From Macrostomum lignano (taxonomy: Eukaryota), in contig NIVC01004833.1 in assembly GCA_002269645.1 (NCBI GenBank), positions 1 through 33,853 of the forward strand: 33,853 nt of DNA, written 5' to 3'. Both the position numbers and the translations under genes were made by a program. Below the pieces are notes generated by a model, which saw nothing but the letters and a program-made list of their open reading frames with translations, had not been told where the DNA came from and did no database searches. Below, piece after piece: positions 1 to 11,423 of this stretch. The first letter of the stretch is position 1, and the number at the start of each line of letters is the position of its first letter.

Positions 1-260
1 TATTATGCCTTTTGGCGGCTAAATCAGCCAATGTCAGCGCCTTAGCTTCTGTGCGAGACTGATAAAGGAGTTGCAGTTTAAATCAGTGCAGGATGCGCGA
101 TTCATTAAACTCATTTTAGAGCAGTTCAGGATAGCGGCTATATGGACTTTTACCGTGTTTACTAGAGGCCTGACCTAACTTGTGATTTTGTTTTGCTAAT
201 TGCGAACTTCATTGACATAGACCACATGGCTATATAGTCTGACACATTTCACAATTGTTT

Positions 261-712
261 TCTCTGTCCGGTCTTTGTTCTCTGACCGATCCCGCTCTTT
301 GTTCTCTGACTGATCCCGCTCTTTGTTCTCTGACCGATCCCGCTCTTTGTTCTCTGACCGATCCCGCTCTTTGTTCTCTGACCGATCCCGCTCTTTGTTC
401 TCTGACCGATCCCGCTCTTTGTTCTCTGACCGATCCCGCTCTTTGTTCTCTGACCGATCCCGCTCTTTGTTCTCTGACCAATCCCGCTCTTTGTTCTCTG
501 ACCGATCCCGCTCTTTGTTCTCTGACCAATCCCGCTCTTTGTTCTCTGATCGATCCCTCTCTTTGTTCTCTGACCAATCCCGCTCTTTGTTCTCTGATCG
601 ATCCCGCTCTTTGTTCTCTGACCGATCCCGCAGTTTGTTCTCTGACCAATCCCGCTCTTTGTTCTCTGACCGATCCCGCTCTTTGTTTTATGACCGATCC
701 CGCTCTTTGTCC
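261..712 (+). repeat. 24-bp minisatellite (CTCTTTGTTCTCTGACCGATCCCG), about 18 copies, upstream of the peroxiredoxin acceptor and probably intronic
   Basis: Period 24 read directly; it explains the repetitive ORFs at 230-829. Confidence 0.95.
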
Positions 713-770
713 TTTATCAAGCTAGTGAATTCAAAATCTATAACAGAACTTTGGAAATTCCGCGTTGCAG

Positions 771-1364
771 GGCGGGGAGCCGCAGCAGTCGCTGCAGCCG
801 GGCTCCGCTGCCCCGAGCTTCACCTGTAAGGCTCTCCTGCCTGACCAGAGCTTTGGAGACGTCCGGCTGAGCGACTACTCGGGAAAGTACGTTGTGCTCT
901 TTTTCTACCCGGCCGACTTCACCTTCGTGTGTCCGACCGAGATCGTGGCCTTCTCGGACCGGGCCGAGGAGTTCCGGAGGATCAACTGCGAGCTGCTGGC
1001 CTGCAGCACCGACTCGCACTTTGTGCACCTGGCCTGGACCAACACGCCGCGCCAGGACGGCGGCCTCGGCCGCGTCAGCATGCCGCTGCTGGCCGACCGC
1101 TCCCAGGCCGTCAGCCGCGCTTACGGCGTCCTCAAAGCCGATGAGGGCGTCGCCTACCGCGGCCTCTTCATCATCAGCGACCGCGGCCTGATCCGCCAGG
1201 TGACCATCAACGACCTGCCTGTTGGTCGCTCGGTTGACGAGACGCTCCGCCTGGTGCAGGCCTTCCAGCACGCCGACAAGCACGGCGAGGTCTGCCCTGC
1301 CGGCTGGCGGCCCGGCGACCGAGCGATGAAGCCGGACCCCAGCCTCAGCAAGGAGTACTTTCAG
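771..1364 (+). CDS. Prdx: Typical 2-Cys peroxiredoxin (Prx1/AhpC subfamily), main coding exon; the 5' exon is not identified in the window
   Basis: Motifs [13 protein letters not shown] (peroxidatic Cys), [12 protein letters not shown] (resolving Cys) and C-terminal EYF. The track start at 765 is TTG inside the acceptor TTGCAG|(770), so there is no ATG. A donor CAG|GTGCGG follows EYFQ at 1364/1365; without splicing the frame stops at 1409. Confidence 0.93.
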
Positions 1365-1461
1365 GTGCGGCGGGTGCTATGGGGAATCTCGCTGATGGAG
1401 GGCGACTAACGAAATCTTGGCTGTTTTATCTGTAGGAAATTCTGAAAATACTGTTCCACAA

Positions 1462-1632
1462 TTGAGTCTGAGCACTTGAGTCTTAATACTTGAGTCTGAG
1501 TACTTGAGTCTGAGTACTTTAGTCTGAGCACTTGAGTCTGAGTCCTTGAGTCTGAGTACTTGAGTCTGAGTACTCGGTTCTGAACACTTGAGTGTAAGCA
1601 CTTGCTTGAGTCTGATTACTTGAGTCTGAGTA
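1462..1632 (+). repeat. 14-bp degenerate tandem repeat (ACTTGAGTCTGAGT), about 12 copies
   Basis: Direct periodicity; AT-richer sequence 3' of the Prx donor. Confidence 0.85.
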
Positions 1633-1951
1633 CATTCTTCAGTTGATTTCTTGCTAATCGTCAGCTTAAAGATCGGTCCTAAGCTTTCCTTAGAGAGCAG
1701 CTTACGAGTACATGTTAAGAGAAATAGCAAATTGTTCTCATTTAGCTGGCCAACGTCACGACAGCATTTTTGCGCTCACCTCAACAGAATTCATCAGAGT
1801 TATGAAAGCGCCGGATTATTCATGTGCGTCCACAGAGAGCTTGCCTAAATCTCCTCACCCTGTAATCCCTCTCGCCTGCCCTGAGTTCGAATCCTCTACA
1901 CCCTACATCAACTCAAAGCCGCCGCATTGAAATTGTCGCCTTGGCATTCAG

Positions 1952-2184
1952 CCAGATGGCGGCGGCGGGCCGCAGCCGCCCGACAGCCCGCCCGCTGCCG
2001 TTGCCGCACCAGAAGGCGCCGCCGCCGCTCCTCCGAAGGCGACAAGGCGGCTTCGTCATCCCAGCCGGAACCGGAAGTGAAGCCTGCCGGGTCTCGGATT
2101 TTCCCCTGGCTGGACGAGAAGGCCTACAAGGCGCACGCCTTCGCCCCCTCGCCCGGCTGCTCCTGCTGGAAGAGGCGGCACTGA
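1952..2184 (+). CDS. Candidate terminal exon of the peroxiredoxin gene (Pro/Ala-rich extension); frame uncertain
   Basis: GC-rich island after acceptors CATTCAG|(1951) and CCAG|(1955). Phase 0 from 1952 reads PDGGGGPQPPDSPPAAVAAPEG... Confidence 0.35.
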
Positions 2185-2321
2185 GCTGCTCCGCTCATGG
2201 TTGGGGTCTCCGTGCTCAGTTGTCCGTTATTGCCGTTGCTCTTTCTGTTGGCTAATAGAAATTTGTGATTGTTCTCTTGGGTCTCGTTGGGGTTTTTAAT
2301 GTTGCTCAAAGTGCATTGAAG

Positions 2322-3400
2322 CTGGTTAAACATGAGCATGAGACACCTGGTTAGACATGACCATGAGACACCTGGTTAGACATGACCATGAGACACCTGG
2401 TTAGACATGACCTTGAGACACCTGGCTAGACATGACCTTGAGACACCCAGTTAGACATGACCTTGAGACACCTGGTTAGACAGGACCTTGAGACACCCAG
2501 TTAGACATGACCTTGAGACACCTGGTTAAGCATGACCATGAGACACCTGGTTAGACATGACCATGTGACACCCAGTTAGACATGACCTTGAGACACCTGG
2601 CTAGACATGACCTTGAGACACCTGGTTAGACATGACCTTGAGACACCTGGTTAGGCATGACCATGAGACACCTGGTTAGACATGACCTTGAGACACCTGG
2701 CTAGACATGACCTTGAGACACCCAGTTAGACATGACCTTGAGACACCTGGTTAGACATGACCTTGAGACACCCAGTTAGACATGACCTTGAGACACCTGG
2801 TTAGACATGACCATGAGACACCTGGTTAGACATGACCATGTGACACCCAGTTAGACATGACCTTGAGACACCTGGCTAGACATGACCTTGAGACACCCAG
2901 TTAGACATGACCTTGAGACACCTGGTTAGACATGACCTTGAGACACCTGGCTAGACATGACCATGTGACACCTAGTTAGACATGACCTTGAGACACCTGG
3001 TTAGACATGACCATGAGACACCTGGTTAGACATGACCATGAGACACCTGGTTAGACATGACCATGAGACACCTGGTTAGACATGACCTTGAGACACCTGG
3101 TTAGACATGACCATGAGACACCTGGTTAGACATGACCATGAGACACCTGGTTAGACATGACCATGAGACACCCAGTTAGACATCACCTTGAGACACCCAG
3201 TTAGACATGACCATGAGACACCCAGTTAGACATCACCTTGAGACACCTGGTTAGACATGACCATGAGACACCCAGTTAGACATCACCTTGAGACACCTAG
3301 TTAGACATGACCATGAGACACCTGGTTAGACATGACCATGAGACACCTGGTTAGACATGACCTTGAGACACCTGGCTAGACATGGCCATGAGGACACCAG
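2322..3400 (+). repeat. 25-bp minisatellite (CATGACCTTGAGACACCTGGTTAGA), about 43 copies
   Basis: AGACACCTGG recurs at 2341, 2366 and onward. Confidence 0.95.
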
Positions 3401-3857
3401 CTTAGTTATAAAAAACAGTTAGTGTGCTGAATTGGTGTTTTTACATTTATTTACATTGCACCTGTTACATTAAAAGTTGTGGTTGGCAATTGTATTAGAG
3501 CCCATGCCCGCAGCTCAGTAGTCGCAATGCCTCTCCCTCCGCCCCTCTGACTGTTTCAGTCCATCTGAGCGAGCCAAGCTGACAGCCGCGGCCCGCTGGG
3601 ATTCCCCAGGCCAGCCTGCGAGCTACCCAGACTTTCACGTCGGTATCCCAACATTTGCGCTTCGCAACATTTTTTAAGTCAACTCTTTTTTAATGTCTAT
3701 TACTTTATCATCTGTTCGAATGTGAGCACTTTAATCCTTGTCGTCCTCACCTGAGGGGCTAGTTGTGCAATAATAGTTTGTCGAGCCCCCATTGCAACAC
3801 TGTCTCAAAAATCGGCCTCCTGCTTATTCATTAAGTTCGTAGCTTAGTTAGACACTG

Positions 3858-4205
3858 ACGCAGTTGCTATGCAGTTGCTATGCAGTTTCTATGCGGTTGC
3901 TACGCTCTTGCTATGTAGTTGCTACGCAGTTGCTACGCAGTTGCTACCCAGTTGCTACGCAGTTGCTATGCAGTTGCTATGCAGTTTCTATGCGGTTGCT
4001 ACGCTCTTGCTATGTAGTTGCTACGCAGTTGCTACGCAGTTGCTACCCAGTTGCTACGCAGTTGCTATGCAGTTGCTACGCAGGTGGTACGTAGTTTCTA
4101 TGCGGTTGCTACGCGGGTTGCTCTGCCGTCGCAATATAGTTTCTACATAGTTACTATGCAGTTGTCACATAAAGGTCACGCAGTTGCTATGCAGTTGCTA
4201 AGCGG
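3858..4205 (+). repeat. 11-bp minisatellite (GCAGTTGCTAY) with a 99-bp (9-mer) higher-order duplication
   Basis: The order of variant units repeats at 99 bp, visible as a 33-aa repeat in ORF 3864-4094. Confidence 0.9.
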
Positions 4206-4848
4206 ATAGTAAGCAGTTGCTACACGCCGAACCTAAGATGTGCAATGGCCCCACCAGCCCCAGCCCCAATTTTTTTACTTGTTTTCGTTGTCTCAAGCAG
4301 GCACACTTTTACTTTAGCCTAGGCATTTGTTATTTTATTTTCTACGGTAAGGCTTCGCCACTGCCAAGCAGTTTGCAACAGTCCCATGATTGGCAGCTTT
4401 TCAATGTTTATCGCCCAGCTGCAGTTCGCAATTGCCTGTGCTTCATCATCATCATTTGTTCTGTTCAAATCGCTATTATTAATTGTTGTCACTTTTTCCC
4501 CATCAATTTGTCACCCCCTGAGGCGCCTCGGATCAACCAGCGAGTTTTTCATCTCCCAACTTTTCATTCCCTCCCAGATACTTCAGTGAATTGATTGCGC
4601 AATTCAGCGCCTCAACTATTTGAATATTTTGTCTCATTGTTGTCTCCCAGCCAGCTTCCGACCGCTTCAGTTTCTATTCTTTATAGCTACAATGGTATTT
4701 CAGCAAATACAGACGAATCAGCCACGAATCGACAATCCCGAAGTATTTTACGTTTCAGAGATTGACGGCTTGTACTTTTCATTTTCTATTTTGTAGATTA
4801 GCTATGAGATTAACTCATTGTTCGGGTACTTGTTTTGCTATGTGGGGA

Positions 4849-5680
4849 TTCAGTGAGCTCCCATCCCCTCCCTGATCCTTCAGTGAGCTCCCCCCATGAT
4901 CCTTCAGTGAGCTCCCCCCATGATCCTTCAGTGAGCTCCCTCCCTGATCCTTCAGTGAGCTCCCCCCATGATCCTTCAGTGAGCTCCCTCCCTGATCCTT
5001 CAGTGAGCTCCCTCCCTGATCCTTCAGTGAGCTCCCTCCCTGATCCTTCAGTGAGCTCCCTCCCTGATCCTTCAGTGAGCTCCCTCCCTGATCCTTCAGT
5101 GAGCTCCCTCCCTGATCCTTCAGTGAGCTCCCTCCCTGATCCTTCAGTGAGCTCCCTCCCTGATCCTTCAGTGAGCTCCCTCCCTGATCCTTCAGTGAGC
5201 TCTCTCCCTAAACAGTGAGCTGAGTCCCTGCTGATCCTTCAGTGAGCTCCCTCCCTGATCCTTCAGTGAGCTCCCCCCATGATCCTTCAGTGAGCTCCCT
5301 CCCTGATCCTTCTGTGAGCTCCCCCCATGATCCTTCAGTGAGCTCCCTCCCTGATCCTTCAGTGAGCTCCCTCCCTGATCCTTCAGTGAGCTCCCCCCAT
5401 GATCCTTCAGTGAGCTCCCTCCCTGATCCTTCAGTGAGCTCCCTCCCTGATCCTTCAGTGAGCTCCCTCCCTGATCCTTCAGTGAGCTCCCTCCCTGATC
5501 CTTCAGTGAGCTCCCTCCCTGATCCTTCAGTGAGCTCCCTCCCTGATCCTTCCGTGAGCTCTCTCCCTAAACAGTGAGCTGAGTCCCTGCTGATCCTTTA
5601 GTGAGCTCCCTCCCTAAACAGTGAGCTGAGTCCCTGATCCTTCAGTAAGCTCCCTTCCTGATCCTTCCGTGAGCTCCCAG
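4849..5680 (+). repeat. 24-bp minisatellite (GATCCTTCAGTGAGCTCCCTCCCT) with a roughly 360-bp block duplication
   Basis: Period 24 (DPSVSSLP shadow ORF). The interrupting variant CTAAACAGTGAGCTGAGTCCCTGCTG recurs near 5210 and 5570. Confidence 0.93.
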
Positions 5681-5735
5681 CCACTCCCTGAATTCCCGAT
5701 GGCAATGATGAGGCAGTGATGCAGCTGGAATAGTT

Positions 5736-5998
5736 TTAGTCAGCGGCTTCAACTGCTTTGGCGAGGCTTTCAACCATTGCAAACTGCTCGGCTAAGACTC
5801 GAGTACCTGAGCTGCTATCAGATTAAACTGCAACTGACTATTTCGAGGCTGGCGATGATTTATGCCAGCTTGAGCAGCACTGAGTGGCTTCTTCTTAAGC
5901 AGCTCCGATAAGGTTTGCTGCATCTCTCGATAAAAAAGCTTTGCCCACACAGCGTAATACTCGTAAATCAATTTTTGTTCAGAGTTCAGACGCTGCAT
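5736..5998 (-). other. Possible coding segment or exon of unknown product (MQRLNSEQKLIYEYYAVWAKLFYREMQQTLSELLKKK...)
   Basis: Non-repetitive, helical-looking Q/E/K/L-rich translation with an acceptor-like TTCTGTTCCTATGCAG| at 5993. No recognisable family. Confidence 0.25.
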
Positions 5999-6212
5999 AG
6001 GAACAGAACTTTTATTGTACTAGTGAGGTCACGCTCCCAAGCTAGGTTTAAGGTCTTCATCTGGGGCATCTGGGTTCTGCTGATTAAGCAGATGAAGCTG
6101 AAATACGAGTAGCTTGCCCCGTGTATCACAAAAAAATTAATAAATTGCCATCATGCTACTTATCTGCATTGGAGCGTAGTAGTAGAGATAATCAATTTGC
6201 TTTTCTCTAGAA

Positions 6213-7400
6213 CCTTCACTGGGTTCTCATTCCCTCTCTGATCCCTTACTGGGTTTTTATTCCCTCTCTGATCCCTTACTGGGTTTTTATTCCCTCTCTG
6301 ATCCCTTACTGGGTTTTTATTCCCTCCCTGATCCTCACTGGGTTCTCATTCCCTCCCTTGATCCTCACGGGGTTCTCATTCCCTCCTTTGATGCTCACTG
6401 GGTTCTCATTCCCTCCCTGATCCCTCACTGGATTCTCATTCCCTCCATGATCCCTCACTGGATTCTCATTCCCTCCCTCATCCCTCACTGGATTCTCATT
6501 CCCTCCCTTGATCCTCACTGGATTCTCATTCCCTCCCTGATCCCTCACTGGATTCTCATTCCCTCCCTCATCCCTCACTGGATTCTCATTCCCTCCCTCA
6601 TCCCTCACTGGATTCTCATTCCCTCCCTCACCCCTCACTGGATTCTCATTCCCTCCCTCATCCCTCACTGGGTTCTCATTCCCTCCCTCATCCCTCACTG
6701 GGTTCTCATTCCCTCCCTCATCCCTCACTGGGTTCTCATTCCCTCCCTCATCCCTCACTGGATTCTCATTCCCTCCCTCATCCCTCACTGGGTTTTCATT
6801 CCCTCCCTCATCCCTCACTGGGTTCTCATTCCCTCCTTCATCCCTCACTGGGTTCTCATTCCCTCCCTCATCCCTCACTGGGTTCTCATTCCCTCCCTCA
6901 TCCCTCACTGGATTCTCATTCCCTCCCTCATCCCTCACTGGGTTCTCATTCCCTCCCTCATCCCTCACTGGATTCTCATTCCCTCCCTCATCCCTCACTG
7001 GGTTTTCATTCCCTCCCTCATCCCTCACTGGGTTCTCATTCCCTCCTTCATCCCTCACTGGGTTCTCATTCCCTCCCTCATCCCTCACTGGGTTCTCATT
7101 CCCTCCCTCATCCCTCACTGGGTTCTCATTCCCTCCCTTGATCCTCACTGGATTCTCATTCCCTCCCTTGATCCTCACTGGATTCTCATTCCCTCCCTTG
7201 ATCCTCACTGGATTCTCATCCCCTCCCTGATCCCTCACTGGATTCTCATTCCCTCCCTTGATCCTCACTGGGTTCTCATTCCCTCCCTTGATCCTCACTG
7301 GATTCTCATCCCCTCCCTGATCCTCACTGGGCTCTCATTCCCTCCTTTGATCCTCACTGGGCTCTCATTCCCTCACTGATTCCTCACTGGGCTCTCATTC
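6213..7400 (+). repeat. 30-bp C/T-rich minisatellite (ATCCCTCACTGGRTTCTCATTCCCTCCCTC), about 40 copies
   Basis: Period 30 with 29-bp variants at the ends; produces the RDEGGNENPV and IPHWILIPSL shadow ORFs. Confidence 0.95.
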
Positions 7401-7448
7401 CTTCATTCATCCTTCGGTGTTCAGCCACCCTTATATCCTTTAGTATTC

Positions 7449-7715
7449 CCTTCACCTGACCATTGCCCTCACCTGACCATTGCCCTCATCTGACCATTGC
7501 CCTCACTTGACTATTGCCCTCACCTGACCATTGCCCTCACCTGACCATTGCCCTCACCTGACCATTGCCCTCATCTGACCATTGCCCTCACCTGACCATT
7601 GCCCTCACCTGACCATTGCCCTCATCTGACCATTGCCCTCACCTGACCATTGCCCTCACCTGACCATTGCCCTCACCTGACCATTGCCCTCACCTGACCA
7701 TTGCCCTCACCTGAC
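7449..7715 (+). repeat. 17-bp minisatellite (CCTCACCTGACCATTGC), about 15 copies, ending at a candidate acceptor 44 nt upstream of the PDP start codon
   Basis: Period 17; the last unit runs into CTGACTGATTTCAG| (AG at 7723-7724). Confidence 0.92.
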
Positions 7716-7768
7716 TGATTTCAGCGCCCCCGCACATTCTCCACTATCGCGTCCGCTGCCGCCTCGCC

Positions 7769-10700
7769 ATGACGATTCGGCGAGCGGCCGCTCGTCCCGC
7801 GTGGCTTCGCCGCTGGCTGCACGCGGCTGCTGGGCTGCGCCATGCGGAGGTCATCAGCGGCAACCAGCAGTTCCCCCTCATCAGCCCGCAGCAGGTGCGC
7901 CAGCTGCTGCGCCAGGGAGCCGAGCGGCACACGGCTGACGTGGCCGGCTGGCAGGTCTCCGTGCACTGCAACCAGGTGCCCTGCAACCGGCCCGTGGAGG
8001 ACAGGTGACGGCTGGTCTTGGTTTCACTTGAAATTTCTTTCAATTTGTGCGTCTCCTGACTCAACTGCCACTCGTGGGTCACCTGACTCAACTGCCACTC
8101 GTGGGTCACCTGACTCAACTGCCACTCGTGGGTCACCTGACTCAACTGCCACTCGTGGGTCACCTGACTCAACTGCCACTCGTGGGTCACCTGACTCAAC
8201 TGCCACTCGTGGGTCACCTGACTCAACTGCCACTCGTGGGTCACCTGACTCAAATGCCACTAGCGGGTCACCTGACTCAACTGCCACTCGTGGGTCACCT
8301 GACTCAACTGCCACTCGTGGGTCACCTGACTCAACTGCCACTCGTGGGTCACCTGACTCGAATGGCACTCGTGGGTCACCTGACTCGAATGCCACTCGTG
8401 GGTCACCTGACTCAACTGCCACTAGCGGGTCACCTGACTCAACTGCCACTAGCGGGTCACCTGACTCAAATGCCACTAGCGGGTCACCTGACTCGAATGC
8501 CACTCGTGGGTCACCTGACTCAACTGCCCCAATCTCCAGACTGGCCGTCAGCCGCCTGCTGATTGGGCCTCCCGTGCAGTCGCAGGACGGTCCGCTGCTT
8601 GTCGGCGTCTTCGACGGGCACGCAGGACCCGCGTGCGCGAACTCCGTGCACCTGCGCCTGCCCGACTACCTGGCCGTGGCCATGGCCGACCCGCTGCGCC
8701 TGCACGACATCAAGGTGGCCGGACAGGCCCTCAGTCTCAACATTGCCAGGCTGCCCCACGGCCCGGAACTCGAGGAGGAGCTCGGCCGGCTGCACGACCA
8801 GCAGGTGCTGCGCCTGTTGTCATAGCAACTTACTAGCAACGCTCTGTCGCTGTTCTTCATTTTTAACTACACCAGCCTGCTGGATTCTTCGGTCCCCACC
8901 GCAAATCCTGTGCTGGATTCACCGCTCCGCAAATCCTGTGCTGGATTCTCCGCTCCGCAAATCCTGTGCTGGATTCTCCGCTCCCTACCGCAAATCCTGT
9001 GCTGGATTCTCCGCTCCCTACCGCAAATCCTGTGCTGGATTCTCCGCTCCCTACCGCAAATCCTGTGCTGGATTCTCCGCTCCCTACCGCAAATCCTGTG
9101 CTGGATTCTCCGCTCCCTACCGCAAATCCTGTGCTGGATTCTCCGCTCCCTACCGCAAATCCTGTGCTGGATTCTCCGCTCCCTACCGCAAATCCTGTGC
9201 TGGATTCACCGCTCCGCAAATCCTGTGCTGGATTCTCCGCTCCCTACCGCAAATCCTGTGCTGGATTCTCCGCTCCCTACCGCCCCATCCTGTGCTGGAT
9301 TCTCCACTCCCTACCGCAAATCCTGTGCTGGATTCTCCGCTCCCTACCGCAAATCCTGTGCTGGATTCTCCACTCCCTACCGCCCCATCCTGTGCTGGAT
9401 TCTCCACTCCCTACCGCAAATCCTGTGCTGGATTCTCCGCTCCCTACCGCCCCATCCTGTGCTGGATTCTCCACTCCCTACCGCAAATCCTGTGCTGGAT
9501 TCTCCGCTCCCTACCGGCTCCTCGAATTCCACTCTCCCCTCTGCTTTCGCCCCTCCCCTCTTTAACCAGCCAGCCACCCGTACCGCAGCTGTCCGCCTTC
9601 ACCTCGGAGACGCTGTCCATGAGCGAGCCGGAGCCGCTCGGCCACCGCCTGCGGGAGGCCATGCAGCGCCTCGACACGGACATCGGCGAGGCTGCGCAGC
9701 CCCGGCCAGGCGCCGCTGGCCTCAACCGCGCGCTGCTCCGCGTGGCGCTGTCCGGCTGCGTGGGCACCGTGGCGCTGCTGGAGCCGCCCGACCGCCTCCA
9801 CGTGCTGCACGTTGGCGACTGCGCCGCCGTCCTCGGCCGCTGCCACGACCAGCTGTGGTACGCGCACAAGCTCACCGAAGAGCACCGAGCCGACAATCCC
9901 GCCGAGCTCGAGCGCCTCATGCGCTCCCATCCGGTCAGCGAGCGCGACTTCCTTGTCCGCTACGACCGCCTGCTCGGCGAGCTCATGCCGCTGCGCGCGT
10001 TCGGCGACATTCGCTACAAGTGGAGCGCCGACCTGCTGCGCACCGCCGGCCGCCTGCTGCAGCTGCCCGCCACCTACAACCCCGTGCCGCAGTACTACTA
10101 CACCCCGCCTTACCTCACCGCCGAGCCCGACTTCGCCACGCAGCAGGTGACCTACGCTCATGTGACCCCCTCCTCTAATGTGACCCCCTCCTCTAATGTG
10201 ACCCCCTCCGCTCATGTGACCCCCTCCTCTAATGTGACCCCCTCCTCTAATGTGAATCCCCCTCTAATGTGGTCCCCTCCGCTCATGTGACCCCCTCTAA
10301 TGTGGTCCCCTCCGCTCATGTGACCCCCTCTAATGTGACCCCCTCGGCTCATGTGACCCCTCCTCTAATGTGACCCCCTCCTCTAATGTGACCCCCTCCG
10401 CTCATGTGACCCCCTCCTCTAATGTGACACCCTCCTCTAATGTGAATCCCCCTCTAATGTGGTCCCCTCCGCTCATGTGACCCCCTCTAATGTGACCCCC
10501 TCCTCTAATGTGACCCCCTCCGCTCATGTGACCCCCTCCTCTAATGTGACACCCTCCTCTAATGTGAATCCCCCTCTAATGTGAATCCCCCTCTAATGTG
10601 GTCCCCTCCGCTCATGTGACCCCCTCTAATGTGACCCCCTCCTCTAATGTGACCCCCTCCGCTCATGTGACCCCCTCCTCTAATGTGACACCCTCCTCTA

Positions 10701-11326
10701 ATGTGAATCCCCCTCTAATGTGGTCCCCTCCGCTCATGTGACCCCCTCTAATGTGACCCCCTGCTCTAATGTGAACCCCTCTAATGTGACCCCCTCCGCT
10801 CATGTGACCCCCTCTAATGTGACCCCCTGCTCTAATGTGAATCCCTCCGCTCGTGTGACCCCCTCCTCTAAAACCCCTCCGCTCGTGACCCCTCCTCTAA
10901 TGTGAACCCCTCCGCTCATGTGACCCCCTCCACTATGTCCTCCACTCATGTGACCCATGTGTCTGCTGCTCCCCATCCTGGCAGATTACAGGCGACGACC
11001 GGTTCCTCATCCTGGCCTCCGACGGCCTGTGGGACCACCTGCCGCCCGAGGACGCTGTCGCCATTGTCGGAGCCGCCATCGACAGCGGCGCCTTCGGCAT
11101 CGGCGGAGGCGGCGGCAGCAGCGGCAGCGACGCGGAAGAAGTCACGGAGAGCGGGCGCAGCGGCGCCAACCTTGCCACGCTGCTGGTGCGGGCGGCGCTG
11201 GGCGGGCAGAAGCGGGGAGACTCGGAGCCCTCGGAGGCGATGATCACCCAGCTGCTGTCGGCGCCAGCCAACGTGGCCAGGTACTACAGGGACGACATCA
11301 CCGTGGCAGTGCTGCTGCTGCACTGA
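7769..11326 (+). CDS. PDP1: Mitochondrial pyruvate dehydrogenase phosphatase catalytic subunit-like PP2C; join(7769..8004,8540..8804,9589..10146,10985..11326), 466 aa
   Basis: All three introns are GT-AG with matching phases (2,0,0); exons total 1401 nt ending in TGA. Motifs: NRPVEDR, LVGVFDGHAG, QRLDTDI, LHVGDCAAVLG, EHRADNPAELERL, RLLGELMPLRAFGDIRYKW, YYTPPYLTAEP, DRFLILASDGLWD, YRDDITV. The Arg/Ala-rich, acid-free N-terminus resembles a mitochondrial presequence. PDP1 versus PDP2 orthology cannot be resolved. Confidence 0.92.
8055..8527 (+). repeat. 27-bp minisatellite (CCTGACTCAACTGCCACTCGTGGGTCA), about 17 copies, filling PDP intron 1
   Basis: Period 27; the last unit runs into the acceptor at 8538-8539. 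Confidence 0.95.
8878..9515 (+). repeat. 33-bp minisatellite (CTACCGCAAATCCTGTGCTGGATTCTCCGCTCC) with shorter variants, filling PDP intron 2
   Basis: Period 33 (DSPLPTANPVL shadow ORF); each unit has an AATCC...GGATT inverted pair. Confidence 0.94.
10147..10955 (+). repeat. Variable minisatellite of about 20 bp (ATGTGACCCCCTCCTCTA / ATGTGACCCCCTCCGCTC) filling PDP intron 3
   Basis: Starts at the GTGACC donor (10147) and continues to about 30 nt before the acceptor at 10984. Confidence 0.92.
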
Positions 11327-11423
11327 CGCAAGTTGTTTTCGTGCCATTAACCTGCGTATTGACAGAAACTGTTGTAAAGTGAGCATTCACATCCAAAGCT
11401 TTGTTTTCAATTCAATTGATTGC

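Noticed and set aside
5940-5998. LNSEQKLIYE resembles the start of Helitron/PIF1 helicase motifs
   Set aside because: No Walker A motif or other helicase motifs follow.
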